Shown here piece after piece: positions 36,473 through 46,318 of a stretch of 64,000 nt of DNA. Each line of letters opens with the position of its first letter. The stretch's first letter is position 1. A model generated the notes under the pieces. It saw only the letters and a program-made list of their open reading frames with translations. It was not told where the DNA came from and searched no databases. This DNA comes from an uncultured Eubacteriales bacterium (GTDB taxonomy: Bacteria; Bacillota; Clostridia; Christensenellales; CAG-917): contig URNP01000005.1 of the NCBI GenBank assembly GCA_900549225.1, positions 4,532-68,531 on the forward strand. Reading direction: 5' to 3'. Made by a program: the position numbers and the translations under genes.

Positions 36473-37111
36473 ATGAAAGAATACGACAACGTGCACATTC
36501 TCGACCACCCGCTCATCAGACACAAAGTGGCAATCATCAGAGATAAGAACACCACGACCAAGCAATTCAGAGAGGTCATCGGCGAAATCGCAACTCTTAT
36601 GGCGTTCGAGGCGTTCAAGGACGTGCCCACTCAAACCATAACCGTAGAAACTCCGCTCGAAACGGTTGAACAGACCGTCGTCAAAGAAAACTCAATCGCA
36701 ATCGTGCCCATTCTCCGTGCAGGACTCGGCATGGTTGACGGCGTCCTCACGCTTTTCCCCGCCGCAAAGGTCGGACATATCGGTATGTACCGCAACGAAG
36801 AAACTCTCGAACCTCAAGAGTATTATTGCAAGTTGCCCCAAGGCATCGAGGAGAAAGTCGTTATGCTCGTCGATCCTATGCTCGCAACGGGCGGTAGTGC
36901 CTGCGATGCAATCGCACTTCTCAAAAAGCGCGGTTGCAAACATATCAAATTCCTCGCAATCATCGGCGCGCCCGAAGGCGTTGAAAAAGTCCACTCCGAA
37001 CATCCCGACGTAGAAGTTTACGTCTCGACTCTCGATCGTCAACTCAACGAGAACGGGTATATTTTGCCGGGGTTGGGGGATGCGGGAGATCGCATCTTCG
37101 GCACAAAATAA
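36473..37111 (+). CDS. upp: Uracil phosphoribosyltransferase
   Basis: [38 protein letters not shown] and [16 protein letters not shown]. Confidence 0.92.
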   Translation: MKEYDNVHILDHPLIRHKVAIIRDKNTTTKQFREVIGEIATLMAFEAFKDVPTQTITVETPLETVEQTVVKENSIAIVPILRAGLGMVDGVLTLFPAAKVGHIGMYRNEETLEPQEYYCKLPQGIEEKVVMLVDPMLATGGSACDAIALLKKRGCKHIKFLAIIGAPEGVEKVHSEHPDVEVYVSTLDRQLNENGYILPGLGDAGDRIFGTK

Positions 37112-37215
37112 GACTGCGCTAAATCGCGCCTAACTTCGTCAGAGGCATCCGTCTGCCAACTCATGTACGCTATGTACATTAGGGTTGTCATTCGGATGCC
37201 TCTTTCTCGTTATCC
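37112..37215 (+). repeat. Structured intergenic repeat, copy A2 (core 37142-37202)
   Basis: GAGGCATCCG tctgc CAACTC a TGTAC gctat GTACA tta GGGTTG tcatt CGGATGCCTC. It begins right after the upp TAA. Confidence 0.85.
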
Positions 37216-37244
37216 ATCGATTTATCGCAGTCTTATAGCATGAA

Positions 37245-37335
37245 AAGCAGCGAATAACTTCGTCAACGCCCGTCCGCTCCAAAATCACGTACTTCTTGTA
37301 CGTTGGGTTTTGTTTCGGACGGGCGTTTCCTTTGA
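37245..37335 (+). repeat. Structured intergenic repeat, copy B1 (core 37266-37326)
   Basis: ACGCCCGTCCG ctc CAAAATC ACGTAC ttctt GTACGT tg GGTTTTG ttt CGGACGGGCGT. The 5' flank is aataacttcgtca and the 3' flank is ttcctttg. Confidence 0.85.
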
Positions 37336-37465
37336 GCGAAGATATAATCAAACGTTTGCATTTGCTCTTAAAACAAGGCCGATTGTGTCTTCTTTTTCTT
37401 CGTTCTTTACAAAATGCGCTCCAAATGGTATAATTGATTATAATAATACTTATATAAGGTTACAA

Positions 37466-38281
37466 ATGAGCAAAGAAAAACAAAAGTTGGGATTGGTTCT
37501 CGAAGGCGGCGGCGTAAAGGGTGCGTATCAAATCGGCGCGCTTATGGCTATAAGAGAACTTATGGTGGAGTTTGACGGCGTTGTAGGCACGTCCATAGGT
37601 GCGATCAACGGCGCAATTTATCTCGAGGGAGGATACCCGAAACTTTTCGACGTATGGAACGAGATAAAAACCAACACGGTTTTTGATTTGAGCGACGAGG
37701 AACTCGATGCCGTCAAAGACATGGAATTGAGATCTGCGATTTTGAAACTCGTGCTTGAAAAGCGCCTAAAGACTTTCAAGATGCTCGAAACCTCTTATGA
37801 AAAATCGCAAAAGTTTTTTGAAACCATCGTCAACGAGTCGGATATACGCGCCTCGGGCAAGGATTACGGCTTGGTTGCCTTCAACATAAGCGATATGCAA
37901 CCGTTTGAAAAGATGATGAGCGAAATCGATGAGGGCAAACTCGTTGATTATATCATAGCGTCGGCAACGTTCCCGATTTTTCCGCCCAAAGTTATTGACG
38001 GCAAAAAGTATATTGACGGCGGCGTGTACGACAATATGCCCGTAAATCTTCTCGTGCGCCACGGCTACGGCAAGATGCTCGTCATTCGCACCAACGTTGA
38101 GAACAAACAGCCAAAGCGCAAAGTCGAGGGCGATCCCGATCTGTTTTATATCGTACCCAAAGAGGATCTCGGTCCTGCGATGGCGTTCTCCAAGACGAGA
38201 ATACACGCATATATGCAGATGGGCTACGACGATGCGAAGGAACTTATGGACAACGGACTTCGCGAGTTTTTGCTCGGCTGA
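37466..38281 (+). CDS. Patatin-like phospholipase
   Basis: GLVLEGGGVKGAYQIG (oxyanion GGGxxG), GTSIGA (GxSxG) and a DGGVYDN catalytic Asp region. ATG 37466 is the first plausible start. Confidence 0.85.
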   Translation: MSKEKQKLGLVLEGGGVKGAYQIGALMAIRELMVEFDGVVGTSIGAINGAIYLEGGYPKLFDVWNEIKTNTVFDLSDEELDAVKDMELRSAILKLVLEKRLKTFKMLETSYEKSQKFFETIVNESDIRASGKDYGLVAFNISDMQPFEKMMSEIDEGKLVDYIIASATFPIFPPKVIDGKKYIDGGVYDNMPVNLLVRHGYGKMLVIRTNVENKQPKRKVEGDPDLFYIVPKEDLGPAMAFSKTRIHAYMQMGYDDAKELMDNGLREFLLG

Positions 38282-38311
38282 ATAGGGCAAAGATAAATAT
38301 AGGTGAAACGT

Positions 38312-40831
38312 ATGGCACAAAACAAGATATTGCTTTTGGACTCAAACTCTCTTATGCATCGCGCATATCACGCGCTCCCAAATCTCAAGTCCACCAAGGG
38401 GCTTTACACGGGCGCGATATACGGATTTTTGAGCATACTTTTGAAGATAATAAAGGAGCAGAATCCCACGCATATAGCGGCGGCGTTCGACCTGCACGGT
38501 CCAACCTTCCGTAACGAAATGTACAAGGAGTACAAGGCGACAAGAAAGCCGATGGACGAGGAGTTGCGCCAGCAAGTCGAGCCGCTCAAAGAACTTATCA
38601 CGGCAATGGGCATCAAAATCGTGAGTATGCAAGGCTACGAAGGCGACGACATACTCGGCACGCTCTCCAAGCGTTTTGACGACGATTGCGTTATAGTCAC
38701 GGGCGACCGCGACAGTTTCCAACTCGTCAGTCCCACGACCAAAGTGTTTTGGACGAAAAAGGGCGTAAGCGACATAGAAGTGTACGACGTAGACCGTTTG
38801 TTGCAAGACGGATTCACCGTGCAGCAATTCATAGATTACAAAGCGTTGAGAGGGGATACCTCTGACAACGTCCCCGGCATACCGGGCGTTGGCGAAAAGA
38901 CCGCAAAGCAACTTTTGGAGCAATTCGGCTCGCTCGAAAACATTTTGGCAAACGCAGACAAAATTCCCGGCAAACTCGGACAAAACGTCGCAAACAACAA
39001 GGAACTCGCGCTTTTGAGCAAGGAACTCGTAACGATAAATTGCAACGTTCCCGTCGAATGTACGCTTGACGATATTGCGTTCACGCCCGTTTATTCGAGT
39101 GCCGTGAAGCAAAAACTTGCCGAGTTTGAAATCACGTCGCTTGCAAACAGAATGACGTTCGACGATACCAAAGAGGACGCTATTCCCGTAGCGAAACACG
39201 TTGAAAAGAACGTCGTATCGCTCACGAGCGAGGACGAAATCGTCGATGCGGTGAAGGGTGACAGAATCGCAATCGTCATAGGCAAAAACTTGTCGTTTGC
39301 GGTTGATGAAAAGACGGAATACACCGTAAGTTGCGTTGAGGATTTGTTCAGCGAAGGCATAGGTTTCGACCAAGCGCTCGAAACGCTCAAACGCCTTGCA
39401 AAAGACAGAGAACTCGTATGTTACGACTATAAGAATATGAGCAAAGAATACGGCTTTTCGCAAGAAAAATTCTTTGACGTTATGATAGCGGCGCACCTTG
39501 CAAGAGGCAGTGCTCCAATAAAAAACATAGAGCAGGTTTTGGGTGCCGACGGCTATGAAATCGGCGCGGTAGAGTTGCTTGCGGAAAGCGAGAATTTGCG
39601 CACTCAACTTGCACAACAAGGACTTAACGAGTTGTTTTTCGACGTTGAACAGCCGCTTTGCGTCGTTTTGCGCAATATGGAAGAGCGTGGCGTCAGAGTA
39701 TCTACGGACGTTTTGAAAGCACTTGAGGCAAAGTACGGCGCAATCATTCAAAGGCTCACGGATGAGATATTCGCAATCACGGGCGAGCCTTTCAACATAG
39801 CATCTCCCAAGCAACTCGGAGAAGTGCTTTTCGACAAACTCGGATTGCCGCACGGCAAGAAAACCAAGACGGGTTATTCCGTCAGCGAGGACGTGCTTTC
39901 AAACCTTGCAGACAAGCACCCGATAGTCAATCTCGTGCTCGAATATCGCCACTACGCAAAACTTCAATCCACCTACGTCGTGGGTCTTCAACCGCTCGTC
40001 AACAGGGGCAGAATTCACACCGAATTTAACCAATGCATAACGCAGACGGGCAGACTTTCGTCAACCAATCCCAATCTTCAGAATATCCCTGCAAGAAGCG
40101 ACGAGGCAAAGGACATAAAGAGTGCGTTTATCGCAAGCGACGGTTGCGTACTCGTGAGCGCGGACTATTCTCAAATCGAACTTCGCTTGCTTGCTCATAT
40201 GAGCGGCGACGAGCAACTCATCGAGGCGTTCAATCACGACAACGATATCCACGCAATCACCGCTTCGCAAATCCTCGGCATCCCTGTGAGCGAGGTTTCG
40301 CCTGCGCAAAGGCGTGACGCAAAAGCCGTCAACTTCGGCATAATTTACGGCATCAGCGGCTTCGGACTTGCCGAAAACCTGTCCATACCGCAATACAAGG
40401 CGAGGGAGTTCATTCAAAACTATTTCGTTATGCACCCAAAGGTGCGCGAGTTTATGGACGGATGCATCGCCGATGCGCGCGAGAGAGGATATTCTCTGAC
40501 GATGACGGGCAGACGTCGCAATCTTTCCGACATCAACGCTTCCAACTATATGGTGCGCTCTGCGGCAGAGCGTATGGCGATGAACACGCCCTTGCAAGGC
40601 TCTGCGGCGGACATAATCAAAATCGCAATGATAAACGTCGAAAATCGCCTCAAAGGTATGAAATCCAAGATGATTCTTCAAATCCACGACGAACTTATCA
40701 TCGACGCGGCAAAGGACGAGGAAGAAGAAGTCAAAAAGATTCTCTCTTACGAAATGGAAAACGCCGTTCGCCTATCCGTACCGCTCGTAGCGGAGGCAAA
40801 AGTGGCGGAAAACTGGGGTGAACTCAAATGA
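38312..40831 (+). CDS. polA: DNA polymerase I
   Basis: 5'-nuclease N-terminus (LLDSNSLMHRAYHALP), motif A DYSQIELR, motif B RRDAKAVNFGIIYG, motif C QIHDELI. The GTG at 38303 is an alternative start. Confidence 0.92.
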   Translation: MAQNKILLLDSNSLMHRAYHALPNLKSTKGLYTGAIYGFLSILLKIIKEQNPTHIAAAFDLHGPTFRNEMYKEYKATRKPMDEELRQQVEPLKELITAMGIKIVSMQGYEGDDILGTLSKRFDDDCVIVTGDRDSFQLVSPTTKVFWTKKGVSDIEVYDVDRLLQDGFTVQQFIDYKALRGDTSDNVPGIPGVGEKTAKQLLEQFGSLENILANADKIPGKLGQNVANNKELALLSKELVTINCNVPVECTLDDIAFTPVYSSAVKQKLAEFEITSLANRMTFDDTKEDAIPVAKHVEKNVVSLTSEDEIVDAVKGDRIAIVIGKNLSFAVDEKTEYTVSCVEDLFSEGIGFDQALETLKRLAKDRELVCYDYKNMSKEYGFSQEKFFDVMIAAHLARGSAPIKNIEQVLGADGYEIGAVELLAESENLRTQLAQQGLNELFFDVEQPLCVVLRNMEERGVRVSTDVLKALEAKYGAIIQRLTDEIFAITGEPFNIASPKQLGEVLFDKLGLPHGKKTKTGYSVSEDVLSNLADKHPIVNLVLEYRHYAKLQSTYVVGLQPLVNRGRIHTEFNQCITQTGRLSSTNPNLQNIPARSDEAKDIKSAFIASDGCVLVSADYSQIELRLLAHMSGDEQLIEAFNHDNDIHAITASQILGIPVSEVSPAQRRDAKAVNFGIIYGISGFGLAENLSIPQYKAREFIQNYFVMHPKVREFMDGCIADARERGYSLTMTGRRRNLSDINASNYMVRSAAERMAMNTPLQGSAADIIKIAMINVENRLKGMKSKMILQIHDELIIDAAKDEEEEVKKILSYEMENAVRLSVPLVAEAKVAENWGELK

Positions 40832-41409
40832 GAATCGCGATAATCGGCGGAATAGGCTCGGGCAAAAGCGAGGTCATGAAGATAGCAAAGGAAAGGGGTT
40901 TTTTCTGCCTTAGCGCAGACGAAATCAATTCCGAACTTCTCAAAACGCCGACTTATATCCAAAAAATCGCGGCGGCATTCCCGAACGCAGTCAAAGACGG
41001 CGAGGTGGACAGAAAAGCGCTTGCCGCCATAGTTTTCGGCGACGAGAGCGCGCGAGCGAAACTCAATTCAATAGCGCATCCAGAAATTATGCGCAGAATC
41101 GCAGAGTGCAACGAGAGTCCGCTTGCGGTTGAACTGCCTTTATTCGTAGAGGGCGGCGACGAGGCGTTTGACGAAATCGTGTACGTCAAAGCCCCGATTC
41201 TCAAGAGAATCGCGCGTTTGAGAAAGGGCAGGGGAATGAGCGCAAAGCAAGCGATAGCGCGCATAAAATCTCAAGTCCCGTCATCCGTATTGCGCGCAAA
41301 ATCCACAATCGTGATAAACAATTCCAAATCGCTTGCGTTGCTATCCAAAAACACAAACAAAGCGTTTGACGCCATATTTAACACATACAAACAAACCAAC
41401 AAACGATAA
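40828..41409 (+). CDS. coaE: Dephospho-CoA kinase
   Basis: MRIAIIGGIGSGKSEV P-loop. ATGA overlap with polA. Confidence 0.85.
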   Translation: MRIAIIGGIGSGKSEVMKIAKERGFFCLSADEINSELLKTPTYIQKIAAAFPNAVKDGEVDRKALAAIVFGDESARAKLNSIAHPEIMRRIAECNESPLAVELPLFVEGGDEAFDEIVYVKAPILKRIARLRKGRGMSAKQAIARIKSQVPSSVLRAKSTIVINNSKSLALLSKNTNKAFDAIFNTYKQTNKR

Positions 41410-41508
41410 TTCTCAAAAAAAAACACTTTATAAGACAAAAACTCTATGCTACAATAAAAAAGTAAATAAGTTAATCAAATCCGCTTGCGGATAAGGAAGG
41501 AGAAAATT

Positions 41509-42303
41509 ATGATAAACGGCAAAACCATCGTCATCACCGGCTCAAACAGCGGTATAGGTCTTGAAACGCTCAAACTGCTTGCAAACGGCAGCAACAAGAT
41601 TTTGGCGGTTGACTTGCGCACGGACAGAATCGAGGCGCTCAATTTGAAAAACGTATTCCCGATGGTGTGCGACGTGTCCACCAAAGAGAACGTCGATTCC
41701 ATTTTTGCGGCCGCAACCGAAAAACTCGGCTCGATTGACATCTTCTTTGCAAACGCAGGTTTTCCGTACTACGAAACGATGGACTACGTCAACTGGGAGC
41801 GCATCGAGGACATCTTCAAAGTCAACGTGTATTCCCCCATCTACACCTATCAAAAATACGTCGAATATCTCGGCGGCAAGCAAGGTCAAATGGCAATCAC
41901 GGTTTCTGCAATCGGAAAACTCGCAATGCCCGGCTACACGCTCTACAGCGCGAGCAAATTTGCAATGCAAGGCTTCCAACAAGGTCTTCGCTACGAACTT
42001 CCTAGCAACGTATCTCTCACTTGCCTCTATCCGATAGCAACCGACACGGGCTTCTTCAAGAAGGCAGTCGAAGGTCAAGAGGGCAAAGTCATTCGCGAGC
42101 GTCCGTTCCCCGTCCAAAAACCGCAACACGTGGCAAAGTGCATGGTCAGAGGCTTGGAGCATAAGCGCAAATTCGTCAATCCGTCCAAACTCTTCACGTT
42201 TGCACAATTTCTGTTTGCGATCTGCCCGCCGATCAAGTGGGTGTATTTGAAACTCGAAAAGAACAAACTCGACCGTTTTGAAGCCCAAAAAGCAAACAAA
42301 TAA
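41509..42303 (+). CDS. Short-chain dehydrogenase/reductase (SDR) family oxidoreductase
   Basis: RBS aaggaaggag. TGSNSGIGLE cofactor motif and YSASKFAMQG catalytic YxxxK. Confidence 0.85.
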   Translation: MINGKTIVITGSNSGIGLETLKLLANGSNKILAVDLRTDRIEALNLKNVFPMVCDVSTKENVDSIFAAATEKLGSIDIFFANAGFPYYETMDYVNWERIEDIFKVNVYSPIYTYQKYVEYLGGKQGQMAITVSAIGKLAMPGYTLYSASKFAMQGFQQGLRYELPSNVSLTCLYPIATDTGFFKKAVEGQEGKVIRERPFPVQKPQHVAKCMVRGLEHKRKFVNPSKLFTFAQFLFAICPPIKWVYLKLEKNKLDRFEAQKANK

Positions 42304-42304
42304 T

Positions 42305-42334
42305 CGTTTTGAGGCTCAAAAAGCCACAAAATAG
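42305..42334 (+). repeat. Imperfect (24/30) tandem copy of the last 30 nt of the SDR gene
   Basis: cgttttgaagcccaaaaagcaaacaaataa (42274-42303) versus cgttttgaggctcaaaaagccacaaaatag (42305-42334). Confidence 0.85.
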
Positions 42335-42420
42335 CGATTAATTGCGTCAACGCCCGTCCGCTCCAAAATCACGTACTACTTGTACGTTGGGTTTTGTTCC
42401 AGTCGGGTGTTTCCTTGTTC
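42335..42420 (+). repeat. Structured intergenic repeat, copy B2 (core 42350-42410; 3' arm degenerate)
   Basis: ACGCCCGTCCG ctc CAAAATC ACGTAC tactt GTACGT tg GGTTTTG ttc CAGTCGGGTGT. Flanks are attaattgcgtca and ttccttgtt. Confidence 0.85.
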
Positions 42421-42481
42421 TTCATCTATTTTGCACCTTTTTACAAAATCCGCAAAATAACGCAATAAAACTCAAAAACAA

Positions 42482-42522
42482 AAGTCCCGACTTTGATATG
42501 GAGTCGGGACTTGCCGTTTTTT
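42482..42522 (+). terminator. Rho-independent terminator downstream of SDR gene and repeat B2
   Basis: aagtcccgact / agtcgggactt 11-bp stem followed by gccgtttttt. Confidence 0.8.
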
Positions 42523-42695
42523 CAATGCGGATTTTTGACGGCGGAGCGTTTGGGGCGACGGCGGATAAATTCCCATGATTTTGATGACAAATATGTTGCG
42601 ATTCCGATTGACTTTGCACTTTGCCGTGATACAATATATTTTCAAACGGATAAAGGGAATTTGACGAGAAATATTTTCATACAACCGGACAAAAC

Positions 42696-44255
42696 ATGAA
42701 GCCACTTCATTTACATCACCAAGCCGTCGCCAAAGACATGGACATGACAAGCGGACCGCTGCTCAAAAAACTCATTGCAGTGTCGCTTCCGTTGGCGTTT
42801 TCGGGCATATTGCAGTTGCTGTTCAATGCGGCGGATTTGATTGTCATCGGTCAGTTTTCCGAGACGAGCACGCAGTCGCTCGCGGCGGTATCTTCCAACG
42901 TTGCGCTCATCAACCTCATCATCAACGTCGTCATCGGCTTGTCCATAGGCACCAACGTCGTGATGAGCCAAGCGATAGGCTCTCGTGACGAAAATCGCGC
43001 TCACAACACCGTGCACACTTCCATTTTGCTTGCGCTCATTGCGGGAACGGTCGTGGGGCTTATCGGCGTATTCTGCGCGAGATATTTCCTCGTATGGATG
43101 AAGACCGACCCTGCCATTTTGGACAAGGCGACGGATTATCTGTTCATATATTTCATCGGCACGCCCGCGAACGTACTTTACAATTTCGGCGCGTCCATAC
43201 TCCGTGCAAAAGGCGACACCAAGCGTCCGCTCGTATATCTCACGATAGCAGGCGTGATCAACGTTGCGCTCAACCTGATATTCGTCATCGTCGCAAAACT
43301 CGACGTCAAGGGCGTTGCGATCGCCACGATAGTGAGCCAATATATCTCCTGCATACTTTTGATCGTCACGCTTTTCAAAGAGCAAGGCTATTGCAAACTC
43401 ATACTCAAAAAACTCCGTTTTCACAAGAGCGAGTTTTTGCAGATACTCAAAGTCGGCTTGCCAAGCGGAATCCTCAACTCGTTTTTCTCCATAGCCAACG
43501 TGCTCATTCAGACCAATCTCAACGGGTTCGGTTATGCGCTTGTGGCAGGTAGTTCGACGGGAAGCAACCTCGAAGGCTTCGTGTATACGTCAATGAACGC
43601 CGTATCCAACGCAACCGTCTCGTTTGCGGGGCAGAACTACGCCGCAAAGAAACCAAAGCGCATCAAAAAGACCGCCCTCGAAGCGTCCGCAATGATAATC
43701 GTGATCAGCCTTTTTTGGACGCTGATTTTGCTCACGGCAGGGCAGTATATCGCGCGCTTGTACACGTCCGATCCCGTCGTAATTCAGTACGCTTGCAACA
43801 GAATGAAAATCATTTTGCCCATCTATTTTGTCTGCGGTATAGTAGAAGTTTTGGTGGGATGCATGCGCGGAATGGGTTATTCGTTCACGCCGATGATAGC
43901 CAACTTCTTCTGCATCTGCGTATTCCGCATCGTGTGGATCTACACGGCGTGCAAAGCGGTCAACACCCCCGAAATGCTCTATTACAGTTGGCCGATAAGT
44001 TGGGTTTTGAACATAATCGTAGACGGCGTGATAATGGCGATAATCTACAAGCGCGAAAAGCTGAAACTCATCTCCGCAACCGAGCCTAGCGCTCCGATAG
44101 ATCCGACCGATTCAGCCGATCCGTTGCAAGATTGTGCCATAGATCCTCAAATAGAGCGAGAAGACGAAGAAGAATACAAGAGAGAAGCCGTATTTGAAGA
44201 AGAGTATGCCTGCGACAGTGCCGATGCTACGTCCCAATCTAAATCCCAATATTAA
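42696..44255 (+). CDS. MATE family efflux transporter with acidic C-terminal tail
   Basis: DMTSGPLLKKLIAVSLPLAFSGILQLLFNAADLIVIGQF is a typical MATE N-terminus, and there are 12 hydrophobic segments. The start could be an internal Met a few codons downstream. Confidence 0.85.
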   Translation: MKPLHLHHQAVAKDMDMTSGPLLKKLIAVSLPLAFSGILQLLFNAADLIVIGQFSETSTQSLAAVSSNVALINLIINVVIGLSIGTNVVMSQAIGSRDENRAHNTVHTSILLALIAGTVVGLIGVFCARYFLVWMKTDPAILDKATDYLFIYFIGTPANVLYNFGASILRAKGDTKRPLVYLTIAGVINVALNLIFVIVAKLDVKGVAIATIVSQYISCILLIVTLFKEQGYCKLILKKLRFHKSEFLQILKVGLPSGILNSFFSIANVLIQTNLNGFGYALVAGSSTGSNLEGFVYTSMNAVSNATVSFAGQNYAAKKPKRIKKTALEASAMIIVISLFWTLILLTAGQYIARLYTSDPVVIQYACNRMKIILPIYFVCGIVEVLVGCMRGMGYSFTPMIANFFCICVFRIVWIYTACKAVNTPEMLYYSWPISWVLNIIVDGVIMAIIYKREKLKLISATEPSAPIDPTDSADPLQDCAIDPQIEREDEEEYKREAVFEEEYACDSADATSQSKSQY

Positions 44256-44287
44256 AAAAAACCTTCCGATTCCGGAAGGATTTTTTT
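44254..44287. terminator. Bidirectional terminator between convergent MATE and M28 genes
   Basis: A8 - ccttccg attc cggaagg - T7. Confidence 0.85.
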
Positions 44288-44309
44288 AATTCTTGCGTAT
44301 TTTTCGCAA

Positions 44310-45578
44310 TTACTTTGCGATATCGCGGTCGAAGTTTTCGAGGCACTTGACGGAGATAGCGTAGCAGTCCGCAAGACATTCCGGATTGAGGTTGTCCGCC
44401 GTGTCGCGCATCGTATGATAGTAATCTTGCAGATTGTGGTCGAGAGCGGTGATGCCCGTCGAGCGGAATCCTGCCTTGTTGAACGCCGCGTTGTCGGTTG
44501 CGCCGCCGAAGGGAGGAACCCACGTTTTGGAGCATTTGATGCCGAGTTCGTTTGCCGCCGTCATAAAGGAGTCGCTCACTTCCTTGTCGGATTTGACCGT
44601 GCCGTTGAGGTCGCGGTAGTTTACGCCGAGGAAACGGCTCTCGTGAATTGTGTCGTAGGAGTAAATCCAAGTCGGAACGTCGTCGAATTCGCCTTTATGC
44701 GCTTCGCACCACGCCATAGCGCCGCGAAGACCTGCTTCCTCGCTTCCCGAGATGATGACGCCCACTTCCGTGTGTTCGAGTTCGATGCCCTGATCTTTCA
44801 ACGCTTTGAGGATGGCGATGCCCATATAGCAACCCGTGAGGTTGTCGTTTGCGCCGTCCGTAATCGTGTTTTCGTCCCACATAAAGTACATGCCGACGAG
44901 GCAGGGGACCATAACGAGAATCGCGATACCCATCCAAAAGAGAACGGGACCATAGAGCGCAACGTAGCCTGCCACGGTGTAGTCAACGACGGGTTGGCAT
45001 TTGGTTGCGACGGCAGCGGCGATATTCAATCCAAGCACGACGAGACCGCTTACGACGCTCGTCACGAGGTGCGCAACGTGAGCCGTACCGCCGAATTTAT
45101 TGTTGACGGGCCAATTCCAAACTGCGTCGGGGTGACCGTTGAAAAACACTCTGCCTTTCACTTCGCCCGTGCATTTTTTGATTGCGGTGACGCTGTGACC
45201 CGTCTTTTCGGGGAAGAATTTGTCAACGAGTTTCTTGTAAAGACCGAATTGGATAAACAAAATCGCAAATCCGAGTGCCGTCAACACCGCGCCGAGAACG
45301 GGCAGAAAGAAGAACAGCACCATGCCTGCAAGCACGAACGTAATCGTGAAGTAAATCCAACCGAAAAACGCGTTCGGGTTTTCCTTGAAGGATTCCACGT
45401 CCGCTCTTTCGCAACCGCAGTCGTTTTTGAGGTAGTCCGCCATATATTCGCAGGCCATTTTCTCGCCGAGCGAACCGGGGTCGCGCTTTGGCATATCGTT
45501 GCAGATATGCGCGATTTCGTCGCACATAAATTTTGCGCTTTGTGCCTTATTGTCGATAAGTTTCTGAAGTTTTCCCAT
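44310..45578 (-). CDS. Membrane-embedded M28 family metallopeptidase (catalytic motifs intact)
   Basis: RBS gggagagg precedes ATG 45578 (MGKLQKL...). Motifs present: FNGHPDAV (HxD), GANDNLTG, SGSEEAGLRG, YDTIHE, YHTMRDT. TM hairpins are interleaved with the peptidase domain. Confidence 0.8.
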   Translation of the reverse strand: MGKLQKLIDNKAQSAKFMCDEIAHICNDMPKRDPGSLGEKMACEYMADYLKNDCGCERADVESFKENPNAFFGWIYFTITFVLAGMVLFFFLPVLGAVLTALGFAILFIQFGLYKKLVDKFFPEKTGHSVTAIKKCTGEVKGRVFFNGHPDAVWNWPVNNKFGGTAHVAHLVTSVVSGLVVLGLNIAAAVATKCQPVVDYTVAGYVALYGPVLFWMGIAILVMVPCLVGMYFMWDENTITDGANDNLTGCYMGIAILKALKDQGIELEHTEVGVIISGSEEAGLRGAMAWCEAHKGEFDDVPTWIYSYDTIHESRFLGVNYRDLNGTVKSDKEVSDSFMTAANELGIKCSKTWVPPFGGATDNAAFNKAGFRSTGITALDHNLQDYYHTMRDTADNLNPECLADCYAISVKCLENFDRDIAK

Positions 45579-45821
45579 AAACCTCTCCCTTAATTGAGAT
45601 AAATATATTATACAATACAAGTGTTTTTCATTTCAATATGCGATTTCGACAAAACCCGCTATGAAAATCGACAATTTACGACATTTGTATCAATAAAATC
45701 CGAGCCTTTCAATCTTTGATTTTCTCTTTTACAGCGAAATATAATGTGCTATAATACGAGCGAAAACAAAAACAAATTTTTCAAAAGAAAGGAAAATCAC
45801 AAATTTAAACACAAAAAACAT

Positions 45822-46238
45822 ATGAGAGAAAAATCGTGCGGAATGGTGACGTTCACAAGAGCAAACGGAGAGATAAAATATCTTCTCACAAAAACCGATT
45901 ACGGCGTGTACGGCTTTGCCAAAGGACACGTCGAAGAAGGGGAGAGCGAAAGGCAAACCGCCGTTCGCGAAACGTGGGAAGAAACTTCCGTAACCCCGAA
46001 AATCGTGGGCGGATTTCGCAAAACCATTCAATACAAACTCAAAAACGGCAACGAAAAAACCGTGGTATTTTTCCTTGGCGATTTCGGCACGCAACACCCT
46101 TGTCACAACGACGGATTCGAGAATATGACCTACGCAATCGTTCCGTACGAAGAAGCGCTCGAACTTCTGACGTTTGACAACACCAAGCGCATACTCAAAA
46201 GCGCGCACGCTTTTTTGACGAAAAAAGAGGCGAAGTGA
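45822..46238 (+). CDS. NUDIX hydrolase
   Basis: Nudix box GHVEEGESERQTAVRETWEETSV. ATG 45822 gives a typical ~138-aa product. Confidence 0.85.
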   Translation: MREKSCGMVTFTRANGEIKYLLTKTDYGVYGFAKGHVEEGESERQTAVRETWEETSVTPKIVGGFRKTIQYKLKNGNEKTVVFFLGDFGTQHPCHNDGFENMTYAIVPYEEALELLTFDNTKRILKSAHAFLTKKEAK

Positions 46239-46318
46239 TTGGTTGCGGCGATATGACGGCAAGCCGAGATATCATATCGATTGACAAAAACGTTATTATC
46301 GCATTTCATTGCAAAACG

